This document shows positions 27,603 to 36,687 of a DNA stretch of 47,361 nt, in pieces (within the stretch, counting starts at the first letter, position 1; every line of letters starts with the position of its first letter). The stretch lies in NCBI GenBank assembly GCA_009781115.1, contig WQYT01000003.1, forward strand, positions 1-47,361. The letters are read 5' to 3'. The notes below the pieces were generated by a model. That model was given only the letters and a program-made list of their open reading frames with translations. It searched no databases and was not told the origin of the DNA. Made by a program: the position numbers and the translations under genes. The DNA comes from Coriobacteriia bacterium. Its GTDB lineage: Bacteria > Actinomycetota > Coriobacteriia > WRKU01 > WQUG01.

Positions 27603-28775
27603 CTAAAACTCTATAATGGCGCGAACCATACGTTCGGCAGCATGCCCATCCCAGTAGGGCGGGCGATACGAGCGCCGAGGTCGATCCTTTACCTGCTTAA
27701 AACAAGCACGCATATGCTCGTAGTTACCGCCTGCCAACAAGTTCGTTCCTCCGGCATCAATATAGGTCTCTGGCAATGCCGCCGTCTCGAAAAGGATCAG
27801 CGCTGGCGTCCCCAGTACGCAGCACTCCCCCTGCAAGCCACCGCTGTCTGTCAACATAAGTCGCGCTGTTTGATTGAGACGCAACAGCACCAGATAATCA
27901 AGTGGCTCCAGCAAGAGAATGTTCGGATTCTTAAGGACAGACTCCCATAGTCCAAAGCTCCGAAGACGCGCCCGAGTCCGAGGATGAACGGTCCAAAGCA
28001 ACGGCATCTCTGTTGCAACGTCTTTAAAAAGGCATACTATATCAGCTAGCCTGTCTTGTTCATCTACATTCGAGGGTCTATGGAGTGTGACTACACCATA
28101 GTGTTCCTCTTTAATCGATTCAAGCCCTGGGTGCTGCTGTCCCGGTATGATTGCTGTCTTGATGCTTGCGGCGAGGTTGAGTCGTGCCGCACGCCTGCTT
28201 TGAGCATCAAGCGTATCGATCATGATATTTCCTGCCAGGACAATGCGCTTTTCAGTAAAGCCTTCAGCCTCCAGGTTCTGTACCGACAGGGGGTCAAGCG
28301 CAAATAGCAGATCCGACATGTTATCAGCGATGATACGGTTTTGCTCTTCCGGCATCAGGAGATCAAAATTACGCGGCCCTGACTCGATATGCGCCACCCG
28401 GATACCCAATCGTTTTGCGATCAGAGCGCAGGCCGCAGTCGCATTGATGTCGCCTACAACTACAACCCAATCAGGCTCTGCCTCCTGGCAAACCGCCTCG
28501 AAAGCCATCATCGTCTTACCAAGTTGTTCCCCATGGCTGCCTGAACCAATCCCCAGATTGATATCAGGCGCCGGGATTTCAAGCGTTTCAAAAAAATCAG
28601 CTGACATTTCCGGATCATAATGCTGCCCGGTATGGAGCAAAATGTGCTCAATGCCAGGCTCATTACCCGCGATTGTCGCTTCACGAACATTATGCCTGTC
28701 AATGGCATGGATAAAGGGCGCTATCTTCATGAAATTTGGCCGCGCGCCAACTACACTTAAGATCTTTATGTTCAT
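27603..28775 (-). CDS. wecB: UDP-N-acetylglucosamine 2-epimerase (non-hydrolysing), WecB/WbpI-like
   Basis: GARPNFMK, HTGQHYD, MPEEQNR, TLHRPSNVD, TDSGGLQ and WDGHAAER motifs. Confidence 0.85.
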   Translation of the reverse strand: MNIKILSVVGARPNFMKIAPFIHAIDRHNVREATIAGNEPGIEHILLHTGQHYDPEMSADFFETLEIPAPDINLGIGSGSHGEQLGKTMMAFEAVCQEAEPDWVVVVGDINATAACALIAKRLGIRVAHIESGPRNFDLLMPEEQNRIIADNMSDLLFALDPLSVQNLEAEGFTEKRIVLAGNIMIDTLDAQSRRAARLNLAASIKTAIIPGQQHPGLESIKEEHYGVVTLHRPSNVDEQDRLADIVCLFKDVATEMPLLWTVHPRTRARLRSFGLWESVLKNPNILLLEPLDYLVLLRLNQTARLMLTDSGGLQGECCVLGTPALILFETAALPETYIDAGGTNLLAGGNYEHMRACFKQVKDRPRRSYRPPYWDGHAAERMVRAIIEF

Positions 28776-28828
28776 GAATAAACCGTTATCAATCTAGCTT
28801 TCATGCGAATACTGCGATCATCGGACTC

Positions 28829-30754
28829 CTAGCTATTTTTTTGCGCAGTAGGTGAAGCTTCATTAAAAGCATCTGCTTCCACCCCCACGCCGTCTAACAC
28901 CAGCAGCTGACTGCTGAAGAGCTTGGCATAGATATCGTCACGCTCGATCAGTTCCACATGAGTACCGCGCTCAACGATCTCGCCGTCTTTCATGACATAG
29001 AGCTGGTCGGCTTTCATGACGGTAGCCAGGCGATGGGCTATAACGATGATGGTCTTTTTGCCGTGGAGTTTTTCAAGCGCCTGCTGGATATATCCCTCCG
29101 ACTCGCTGTCCAGCGCAGAGGTCGGCTCGTCAAGCACAAGGATCGGAGTATCTTCCAGCAAGACCCGCGCCAGTCCAATACGCTGGCGCTCACCCCCTGA
29201 GAAACGTACGCCAGAATCCCCGAGGTTCGTATTCAAACCCTGGGGCAGATCATAGACGAAACTCGCGTAGGCGCCGTCCAGCGCAGATCGGACCTGTTCC
29301 TCTGTCGGCTCAAAACCAAGCCCGTATATCAGGTTGTTATAGACCGTATCATTAAAAAGCATGGCCTGTTGGGTCAAGTAGCCGATCGAACGGCGCAACT
29401 GACCCAACTGGTACTCTTTGATGCTGTGATTGTCATAGAGAATCTCACCCGAATCAGCCTCCCGCATGCGCGCAAGAAGTTCGACCAGCGTAGATTTCCC
29501 CGCCCCGGAACGCCCAACAAAAGCCGCAAAAGATCCAGCAGGGATTGTGAAGCTGATATCTTTTAATACGTCACTTCCTGCAGAGAGCAATGAGCCATCA
29601 GGACGATAGATGTCCGGATATGAGAACTCCACATGTGACAACTCGATACCTTGGTCGAGTTGCGTGAAAGGAATTGACCCTGAATGAATGGTGTTGCTTT
29701 TTGCTGCAACACCGATAGTTTCATGTAAAAGCTTGACGCTTGCCATATTGGTGGTTATCGCCTGACGATTCGAGTTAATCGCACTGATCTTCGCATTGAT
29801 CTGCGTCAGGATATACACGATCAGGACGATCTGCGGCAAACCCATGCCAACAACAGCCACACAGATAAAGAGCGTAGCGAAAGCGGCAAGCATCATCAGC
29901 GGCTGCGACGTGATCTCGATAAGCGCGCTTCGAACAGCCATCTTCACGCCCACATGAAACATTTCATAACTGAAGTCTTCAATAAACTTTTTCTCTGGTA
30001 CTTTTTGATCCCGCATCTTCACCAGGCGGATGAGGTTCATACGCTCAACAACCTTAGCGTACATCTCCTGCGTACGGCGCACAACATACTTGCTGAAAGC
30101 GCCGATACGCTTGATGTTAACGCGTGTTACGATCATGACAAGCGCGCCCGCTGCCAGGGTACACAGCGTGACCAATACTGACATCTTCAGCAGGATGGCA
30201 ACATAGACCATCACAAGAAGCGCCGTCATAAAGAAGGTAACGACCGAGATAAAGGCAGAGCCAGAGGCAGATGAAAGATTCATCACGACATTGACGCGCT
30301 CCCCAACCCCATAGCGGTCGTAGAAGTCCGGGTCAGCGTCATAGAAGGTATTGAGTGCTTTCATGCGCGCCCGGATCGCGATGCGTCCAGAAACCCGAGC
30401 CGAGTACCAGGCGTTAATAAAATAGACGATCTGACGCAGGAGGATCGGAGCAAACGCCATGATCAGAAGGTTCACAAGATTGACCTGGATATGAAATACT
30501 TTCATGAACTTTGCGATGGCAGTCCAGATAAAATTTCCACTGATCTTGTAGCCTGACTTAGACTGGATGAACTGCAGGACCGGCAACAAAAGAGTCAGAC
30601 CAAGGCCATCGAGAAAAGTAAAGATAACGCCCAGGGCAATAAGATTGACGACTTCAATCCGCTTGACATCTACGTTCTTTGCCAGGCGACGCACCGCATT
30701 GATCTTCGTGAACTCTAAAACGAAGTCCTTCGCTTTTTTTATCATCTGCCTCAT
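28829..30754 (-). CDS. ABC transporter, fused TMD-NBD (PglK/MsbA-like lipid-linked glycan flippase candidate)
   Basis: N-terminal TM domain; Walker A GRSGAGKS, signature FSGGERQR, Walker B ILVLDEPTSALD and IAHRL; located inside a glycan locus. Confidence 0.85.
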   Translation of the reverse strand: MRQMIKKAKDFVLEFTKINAVRRLAKNVDVKRIEVVNLIALGVIFTFLDGLGLTLLLPVLQFIQSKSGYKISGNFIWTAIAKFMKVFHIQVNLVNLLIMAFAPILLRQIVYFINAWYSARVSGRIAIRARMKALNTFYDADPDFYDRYGVGERVNVVMNLSSASGSAFISVVTFFMTALLVMVYVAILLKMSVLVTLCTLAAGALVMIVTRVNIKRIGAFSKYVVRRTQEMYAKVVERMNLIRLVKMRDQKVPEKKFIEDFSYEMFHVGVKMAVRSALIEITSQPLMMLAAFATLFICVAVVGMGLPQIVLIVYILTQINAKISAINSNRQAITTNMASVKLLHETIGVAAKSNTIHSGSIPFTQLDQGIELSHVEFSYPDIYRPDGSLLSAGSDVLKDISFTIPAGSFAAFVGRSGAGKSTLVELLARMREADSGEILYDNHSIKEYQLGQLRRSIGYLTQQAMLFNDTVYNNLIYGLGFEPTEEQVRSALDGAYASFVYDLPQGLNTNLGDSGVRFSGGERQRIGLARVLLEDTPILVLDEPTSALDSESEGYIQQALEKLHGKKTIIVIAHRLATVMKADQLYVMKDGEIVERGTHVELIERDDIYAKLFSSQLLVLDGVGVEADAFNEASPTAQKNS

Positions 30755-30834
30755 GGTACTAACCTATTGGAGTTTATCGGGTAATGGATACGTAGCCTTT
30801 TGGCTTGCGTCTCATAGCCCTGCTCCTTATTTCC

Positions 30835-31938
30835 CTACAGGACACTCAGCACCGTCGCGATGACTTCGTCCTGCTGCTCTTTTGTGATGCCGGGAAAACA
30901 GGGTATGCCCAGGCACTTATTGTCACAGCCTTCGCTGACCGGCAAGCTGGGAGTCTGCCAGCCGGGCAACAGCGTCAGGGCTTCCTGCAAGTGCAATGAC
31001 ATCGGGTAGTAAACCGCGTTGCCGATGCCTGCCGCCTTGAGCGCCGCCTGGATGGCTTCGCACTTATCGGACTTGATGACATAGAGGTGATAGACCATCT
31101 GGCCGAAGTCACGCTCGACTGGCGTCTCGATCTCTGGAGCATCTGCGAACGCAGCGTCGTAATACTTCGCAGCATCATGGCGCTGGCCATTAAATTCGTC
31201 AAGATAAGGCAGTTTGACTGAAAGGATCGCCGCCTGCAGGGTATCAAGGCGGGAGTTCCCGCCAAACACCGTGTGATGATACTTCACGGGCGAGCCATGC
31301 TTGGCAAACAGGCGCGCGGCCTCGGCAAGTTCGGCGTCGTCGGTAGTGATGCAGCCACCATCCCCTGCACAGCCGAGGTTCTTGCTCGGGAAAAACGAGA
31401 AGGCCGCCGCCTTCGCGAGCGATCCGGCCCGCTTGCCTTTATAGGTGGCGCCTATCGCCTGGCAGGCGTCCTCGAAAACCAAGAGCCCGTGCTTCTCGGC
31501 GATGGCGTTGATAGCGTCCATGTCGGCACACTGCCCAAAGATATGCACGGGCAGGATCGCCCTGGTCTTTGGAGTGATGGCCGCTTCGATCTTTTCTGCA
31601 TCGATGTTGTAGGTACCCGGCTCAATGTCAACGAACACCGGCGTGGCGCCCACATGCTGGATAGCCTCGACGGTGGCAAAAAACGTCCAGGGAGTTGTTA
31701 TGACCTCGTCACCTCGCCCAATGCCGGCAGCATACATGATCAGGAACAGGGCGTCGGTACCATTGCCGCATGAGACACAATACTTCGTGCCGCAGTATGC
31801 GGCGATCTCATCTTCGAGTTGTTTGACCGGGGCGCCCCCGATGAAGCTGGAGCGCTCGAAAATGTCTGCGATCGCAGTATCAAACTCGCTCTTATGCTCG
31901 TGATATTGCAGGGTGAGGTCCAACAGTGGAATAGCCAT
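30835..31938 (-). CDS. DegT/DnrJ/EryC1/StrS aminotransferase (WbpE/WlbC-like)
   Basis: NGTDAL, EDACQA, SFFPSKNLG (PLP Lys) and NSRLDTLQAA motifs. Confidence 0.92.
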   Translation of the reverse strand: MAIPLLDLTLQYHEHKSEFDTAIADIFERSSFIGGAPVKQLEDEIAAYCGTKYCVSCGNGTDALFLIMYAAGIGRGDEVITTPWTFFATVEAIQHVGATPVFVDIEPGTYNIDAEKIEAAITPKTRAILPVHIFGQCADMDAINAIAEKHGLLVFEDACQAIGATYKGKRAGSLAKAAAFSFFPSKNLGCAGDGGCITTDDAELAEAARLFAKHGSPVKYHHTVFGGNSRLDTLQAAILSVKLPYLDEFNGQRHDAAKYYDAAFADAPEIETPVERDFGQMVYHLYVIKSDKCEAIQAALKAAGIGNAVYYPMSLHLQEALTLLPGWQTPSLPVSEGCDNKCLGIPCFPGITKEQQDEVIATVLSVL

Positions 31939-31988
31939 AAATCCATCTCCTTGTAAGGTTACGTATATCCAGCACGCTGATACAAAGC

Positions 31989-33224
31989 TTATCTCAGCGA
32001 ACTATACAATTCTATCAGTTTAGGCTTCTGAGCATCCCAGCTGAAGCGGGGCGCTGTTGCCAAAGCTTTACGTTTCATCTCGGAAACTTCTTCTGGGTGG
32101 CCGATAAGATAATCAAGCGCCATGAACAGATCCTCGGGACACTGTTGGTCATAGAAAAACCCACAGCCGGTCTCTTCGATCACCGACCTGATGAATGTTT
32201 GTTGGCTTGACGCCACGATACCGAGCCCTGCAGAAAGATAATCAAACAGTTTATTGGGAGAACACATGATCTCATTAAGATTTCGGGCTTGCGAATTGAG
32301 CAACCCCAGGTCGAAATCCTTGCTTGAGTCCACGATCGAGTACGTGTCAACAGGCGGTATGATCCGTATGAAATCCTGGGTATCGCTTGCCTCGATCGCT
32401 TTCCTGATAGCTGCCTGGTCATCACCATGACCCTGCAAGGTGAACTCGATCTTGCCACGGTAGCGTGCCATCTGCCCGATGAGCTGCGGAAAATGAAAGA
32501 AACTCCTCAGCCCCCCCAGAAACAGGATGCGTAGCGGCTGGTGTGCCGGGTCTGCCTGAGGGACACACGTGGTAGATCCGTTATAGATGATGACCGGTTT
32601 GGCTGAGGGTTCATAGAGGGATGAAAGGTACTCACCGATCTTTGGATTCACGGTTATAAAACCATCCGCCTGTTGCAGGAGCCGTGACTCCTCCCGCCTG
32701 AATCGCTCCTCCGCTTTGGGCTTCAGCCCTAAAAGTCCGGGCGCCAGGAAGATCTCATGGGAGTCGTAGACGAGTTTTGCCTGATTACGCTGCGCAAGAG
32801 CTGCGCCTGTTGCCAGCATATCGAAGTCGTTTGCATGTATGGCGTCGTACTGATCATTTCGCAGGGCTTCAAGTACCGGGTGGCGCACGGAGGCAAACAT
32901 CTTCTTCCGGTACGGATTGAGTATGAGCGTATTGACCGCGACCCGGATCGGATACAGCGTGGTCTCTCGCCCCAGATCGGTAAGCCACCGGGGCAAGCTA
33001 TAGGGTTTGACCAACAGGAGTCGATACGGCAACTCATCAGCTGATCCTGGGTAAGAGCGCCCAAAACCTACGAGTGTGACCTGAGCTCCCGCTTCGACCA
33101 AAGCCGCACATTCCTTTTTGACCCGGGAGTCACGCGACGTATCATTGCTGACCAGCGCGCAGATACGCATACCTGTCAGAGGCATTTCTTCTTGTGTTGA
33201 CGAGCGACGTCCTTCCCGCTGCAT
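31989..33224 (-). CDS. Glycosyltransferase (GT4-like), tandem paralogue 1
   Basis: DSRVKKE, YDSHE, SPNKLFDYLSAGL and FSW motifs; start MQREG chosen by alignment with the paralogues. Confidence 0.85.
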   Translation of the reverse strand: MQREGRRSSTQEEMPLTGMRICALVSNDTSRDSRVKKECAALVEAGAQVTLVGFGRSYPGSADELPYRLLLVKPYSLPRWLTDLGRETTLYPIRVAVNTLILNPYRKKMFASVRHPVLEALRNDQYDAIHANDFDMLATGAALAQRNQAKLVYDSHEIFLAPGLLGLKPKAEERFRREESRLLQQADGFITVNPKIGEYLSSLYEPSAKPVIIYNGSTTCVPQADPAHQPLRILFLGGLRSFFHFPQLIGQMARYRGKIEFTLQGHGDDQAAIRKAIEASDTQDFIRIIPPVDTYSIVDSSKDFDLGLLNSQARNLNEIMCSPNKLFDYLSAGLGIVASSQQTFIRSVIEETGCGFFYDQQCPEDLFMALDYLIGHPEEVSEMKRKALATAPRFSWDAQKPKLIELYSSLR

Positions 33225-33226
33225 GC

Positions 33227-34477
33227 TCAACGCGCTTCCTGCCTGAGCCCCTGATAGAGCTCGACCAACTTCTTCTTCTGAGCATCCCAACTGAAGCGTG
33301 GCGCCACCGCAAGTGCGTTGCGTTTCATAGCAGTGACCTCGTCTGGATGCTCAACCAGATAGGCGAGCGCCTCCAGCAAGTCTTCGGGCTCTTTCTGGTC
33401 ATATACAAATCCACAACCGGTCTCCTCGACTACTGAGGTCAAAAATGTTTCCTGCTGCGCAACCACCGTCCCAAGCCCAGCAGAAAGGTAATCGAAGAAC
33501 TTATTGGGGGAACACATGACCTCGTTAAGCGTACGGGGAAAGATATTATTGAGCCCCAGATCGAATTCAGCGATTGAGTCAACGATACGTGTTGTGTCAA
33601 CAGGCGGCCTGATCGTGATGAAATCGCCCGATTCGCTTTCCTCAATTGCTCGCTGTACCCCCCCATCACGATCAAAACCCTGAAGGGTCAGCGTGAGCTT
33701 ATCCCGGAATGCAGTCATCTGCGGAATAAGGCGTGCGAAATTGAAATAGCGCTCAAAGGTACCAAGAAAGAGTACCCGCAAAGGATACTGCGCTGGCTGC
33801 GCCTGATCCACGCAGTGCGTTGCCCCGTTATAGATAACTACCGGTTCAACAGGCGGACCGTATTGCTGCGTAAGATAGTCGGCTATTGTTGGGTTAACGG
33901 TAATGAAGCCAGAGACCTCCCGAATGAGGCGCCTTTCAGAAGCCCTGAGAACCTCCATTTGGCTTTCATCCCTGTCAAGGCGTCCGGGCGCCAGATAGAT
34001 CTCGTGAGAGTCATAGACGAGCTTTGCGCCTGAACGTCGCGCCAGCCTGGCGCCCGTAGCCAACATATCAAAGTCATTAGCGTGTATCACGTCAAAGGCG
34101 CGGCCACGAACCGCTTGCAGGATCCAGGGACGCACGGCGTTAAAATCGCGCCGACGGATCGGCTTCAGCGACAGGTTGACCGCGACCCTGAGCGGATAGA
34201 AGACCGTCTCGCGACCCCAGCGCGCATACCACTCAGGGATAGGGTCCGTTTTCTGGGTCAAGATAAGCTCATAGCGCAATTGAGTGATGTCTCCCGCATA
34301 GGGTTTGGCGCCTGTTTGCCCAACAAGTGTTACCTGAGCGCCTGCCTCAGCCAGAGCCGCACATTCTTTCTTTACCCGGGAATCCATTGAAGTATCATTG
34401 CTGACCAGCGCACAGATACGCATCCCCTTAAGAGGCAATCCGTCAGTATTCTCTGTTCTTTGCTTTTCCGGCTGCAT
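33227..34477 (-). CDS. Glycosyltransferase (GT4-like), tandem paralogue 2
   Basis: Same motifs (DSRVKKE, YDSHE, SPNKFFDYLSAGL); likely start MQPEK. Confidence 0.85.
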   Translation of the reverse strand: MQPEKQRTENTDGLPLKGMRICALVSNDTSMDSRVKKECAALAEAGAQVTLVGQTGAKPYAGDITQLRYELILTQKTDPIPEWYARWGRETVFYPLRVAVNLSLKPIRRRDFNAVRPWILQAVRGRAFDVIHANDFDMLATGARLARRSGAKLVYDSHEIYLAPGRLDRDESQMEVLRASERRLIREVSGFITVNPTIADYLTQQYGPPVEPVVIYNGATHCVDQAQPAQYPLRVLFLGTFERYFNFARLIPQMTAFRDKLTLTLQGFDRDGGVQRAIEESESGDFITIRPPVDTTRIVDSIAEFDLGLNNIFPRTLNEVMCSPNKFFDYLSAGLGTVVAQQETFLTSVVEETGCGFVYDQKEPEDLLEALAYLVEHPDEVTAMKRNALAVAPRFSWDAQKKKLVELYQGLRQEAR

Positions 34478-34488
34478 ATCCAACTCTC

Positions 34489-35739
34489 TCAACGCTTGAG
34501 TGATTGATACAACTCAACCAATTTTTTCTTCTGAAGATCCCAGCTGAAGTAGGGCGCTGCCACAAGCGCCCTGCGCTTCATCCCGGAGACTTCGCCGGGG
34601 TGCTTCTGCAAAAAATCAATGGCGTCAACCACACTTGAATGGTCCGGGTAAAGATATCCGCATCCCGTTTCATCAACGATCGTCCTGAGAAAGACCGCTT
34701 CTTCTGAACCGACAAGAGCAAGGCCCGCGGAAAGATAATCGAAAAGCTTATTGGGAGAAGCCATCTTCAGGCTCACGTTGATCTTTGTATCAAAATTGCA
34801 AAGCCCCACATCAAAACCAGTAGCGCTCTTTACGATGTCAGCAGTAGGAACAGGAGGAATAATCCGCACGACATCTTGCAAGTCAGCGTCTATGATAGCT
34901 TGCCTCATGTCTCTTTCCTGACTTTCGTAACCAAAGCCCTGAAACACTAATTCAAACCCACGATCAAGGCGGGCAAGCTCAGAGATCATCGCGGGAAAAT
35001 AGTAGTAGTAGGCAAAGTTCCCCAGATAAAGGATCCTTAACGGCCGATGCGCTTCCTGGGTGCTCTCAGCGACCTCGGTACCTCCGTTGTAGATCACAGA
35101 AGGTATTTCCGGCAGATCGTAATAGTCCTTGAGGTAGCGTGCAAGAGACTCGTTCACGGTGATGACCCTGGCGCAATCTTTAAGAAGGCGCGCCTCGACA
35201 CGGCGCAGTTTCTCCAGCCTTTTCTGCCCCACATGGGCAAGGCGATTATCTGCCAGAAATATCTCATGTGAGTCATATACCAGCCGTGCACCTGATCGTT
35301 GCGCCAGCTTTGCGCCCGTTGTAAGCATATCGAAGTCATTAACATGAACCACGTCAAAAGCGCGCCCGCGCACTGCCTTGAGCATCCAGGGACGTGTTGA
35401 GGTGAAATTACATCGACGGATCGGCTCCAGCGAAAGATTGACCGCGACCCTGAGCGGATAAAAGACCGTCTCGCGCCCCCAACGCGCGTACCACTCAGGG
35501 ATCTTTATTCCCTGGGTCAAAATGAGTTCATAGGGCAATTGCGAGATATCGCCCGGATAAGGATCAGGTCCAGCCTGACCTATAAGCGTCACGTGCGCCC
35601 CCGCCTCAGCCAATGCCGCACATTCCTTCTTTACCCGCGAATCGATCGAGGTATTATTACTGACAAGCGCACAAATACGCATGCCGCACAAAGGCTGGCT
35701 CTGGTTGTTCTGACCTTCGGTTGCTTCCTGAGATTGCAT
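34489..35739 (-). CDS. Glycosyltransferase (GT4-like), tandem paralogue 3
   Basis: Same motifs (DSRVKKE, YDSHE, SPNKLFDYLSAGL). Confidence 0.85.
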   Translation of the reverse strand: MQSQEATEGQNNQSQPLCGMRICALVSNNTSIDSRVKKECAALAEAGAHVTLIGQAGPDPYPGDISQLPYELILTQGIKIPEWYARWGRETVFYPLRVAVNLSLEPIRRCNFTSTRPWMLKAVRGRAFDVVHVNDFDMLTTGAKLAQRSGARLVYDSHEIFLADNRLAHVGQKRLEKLRRVEARLLKDCARVITVNESLARYLKDYYDLPEIPSVIYNGGTEVAESTQEAHRPLRILYLGNFAYYYYFPAMISELARLDRGFELVFQGFGYESQERDMRQAIIDADLQDVVRIIPPVPTADIVKSATGFDVGLCNFDTKINVSLKMASPNKLFDYLSAGLALVGSEEAVFLRTIVDETGCGYLYPDHSSVVDAIDFLQKHPGEVSGMKRRALVAAPYFSWDLQKKKLVELYQSLKR

Positions 35740-35751
35740 AGTCAGTCTTTC

Positions 35752-36492
35752 CTACTGATTCTCCAGCAACTCTTCTTCTGCGACCGGGCGCACCGATTTA
35801 GCTGGCACACCCATCACGAGCATATGAGCGGGCACGTCACGGGTCACGACTGAGCCGGTCGCGATGAAACTGTCTTCACCGATCTCGATCCCCGGGAGGA
35901 TATGAACGCCGCCGCCCACGCGGGCGCCCCGTCGGATCATGCAGCCTCGCATCTCTTTCAGGCGCTTCTCGGTACGCCCCATGTAGTTGTCGTTGGTCAT
36001 GACGACCATCGGCGCAATGAAGACATCTTCCTCGACCGTGACATAGGCGGTCACATACGCCCCTGACTGGATACGTGTTCGCGAACCGATAGTCGTGTCG
36101 TTTTCGACCGTCACGCTGCGCCCTACGATCACGTTGTCGCCGATGACGCAGCGCTCGCGCACGCCAGCGTTATCCCCTACGATGCACTCTGAACCGAAGG
36201 TCGTGCCCGCCATGAGCACGGTATGCGAGCCGACCGAGCAGCCATCCCCCAGCGTCAGCGGGCTCAGCACGCCGCCGCCCGCTGTTGAGGCCTTGCCCAA
36301 CTTTGGCTGCTTACCTAGGAGAGCAAAATCAGACACCGTGCAGTTCGCACCGAGCCGGGTTCCTGCCTTTATCGTGACCTGATTACCGACGGTAGAATGC
36401 GCGCCTATGGTGACGCCTTCTTCGATGATGACATTCTCGCCAATAGAAACAGTCGGATCAATATGTGCCTGCACAGAGATCAGATTAGCCAT
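35752..36492 (-). CDS. Hexapeptide-repeat N-acetyltransferase (WbpD/WlbB-like)
   Basis: Left-handed beta-helix hexapeptide repeats; VFIAP.VVMTND and VVTRDVP...VMGVPA motifs; GAAAGGA RBS. Confidence 0.88.
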   Translation of the reverse strand: MANLISVQAHIDPTVSIGENVIIEEGVTIGAHSTVGNQVTIKAGTRLGANCTVSDFALLGKQPKLGKASTAGGGVLSPLTLGDGCSVGSHTVLMAGTTFGSECIVGDNAGVRERCVIGDNVIVGRSVTVENDTTIGSRTRIQSGAYVTAYVTVEEDVFIAPMVVMTNDNYMGRTEKRLKEMRGCMIRRGARVGGGVHILPGIEIGEDSFIATGSVVTRDVPAHMLVMGVPAKSVRPVAEEELLENQ

Positions 36493-36639
36493 GATGATCC
36501 TTTCATTAATCTTACTCAAAAAAACCGTTCAACCACTACGCTTCAAGCATACCCTACCGCCTCTGGCGAGAACACCTCCCCGGGGCCTCTGTCGCACACT
36601 TGATACCCTTGTTCCTTTACCGCCACGCTGAATAATCCC

Positions 36640-36648
36640 TGCTATAAT
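36640..36648 (+). promoter_or_regulatory. Extended -10 promoter (TGnTATAAT) for the L,D-transpeptidase gene
   Basis: TGCTATAAT lies about 40 nt upstream of the ATG at 36688. Confidence 0.55.
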
Positions 36649-36687
36649 GGGAACGCTTAGTTTTTTCTCGTAGATTTGGATTGAAGT

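Noticed and set aside
36554-36567. Minus-strand GCCAGAGGCGGTAG, resembling the JUMPstart/ops element, upstream of the sugar operon
   Set aside because: It lacks the nnTG ending and lies just upstream of a likely -10 (TATGCT, 36546-36551), so it is probably untranscribed. RfaH is not expected in this lineage, and chance is plausible in GC-rich DNA.
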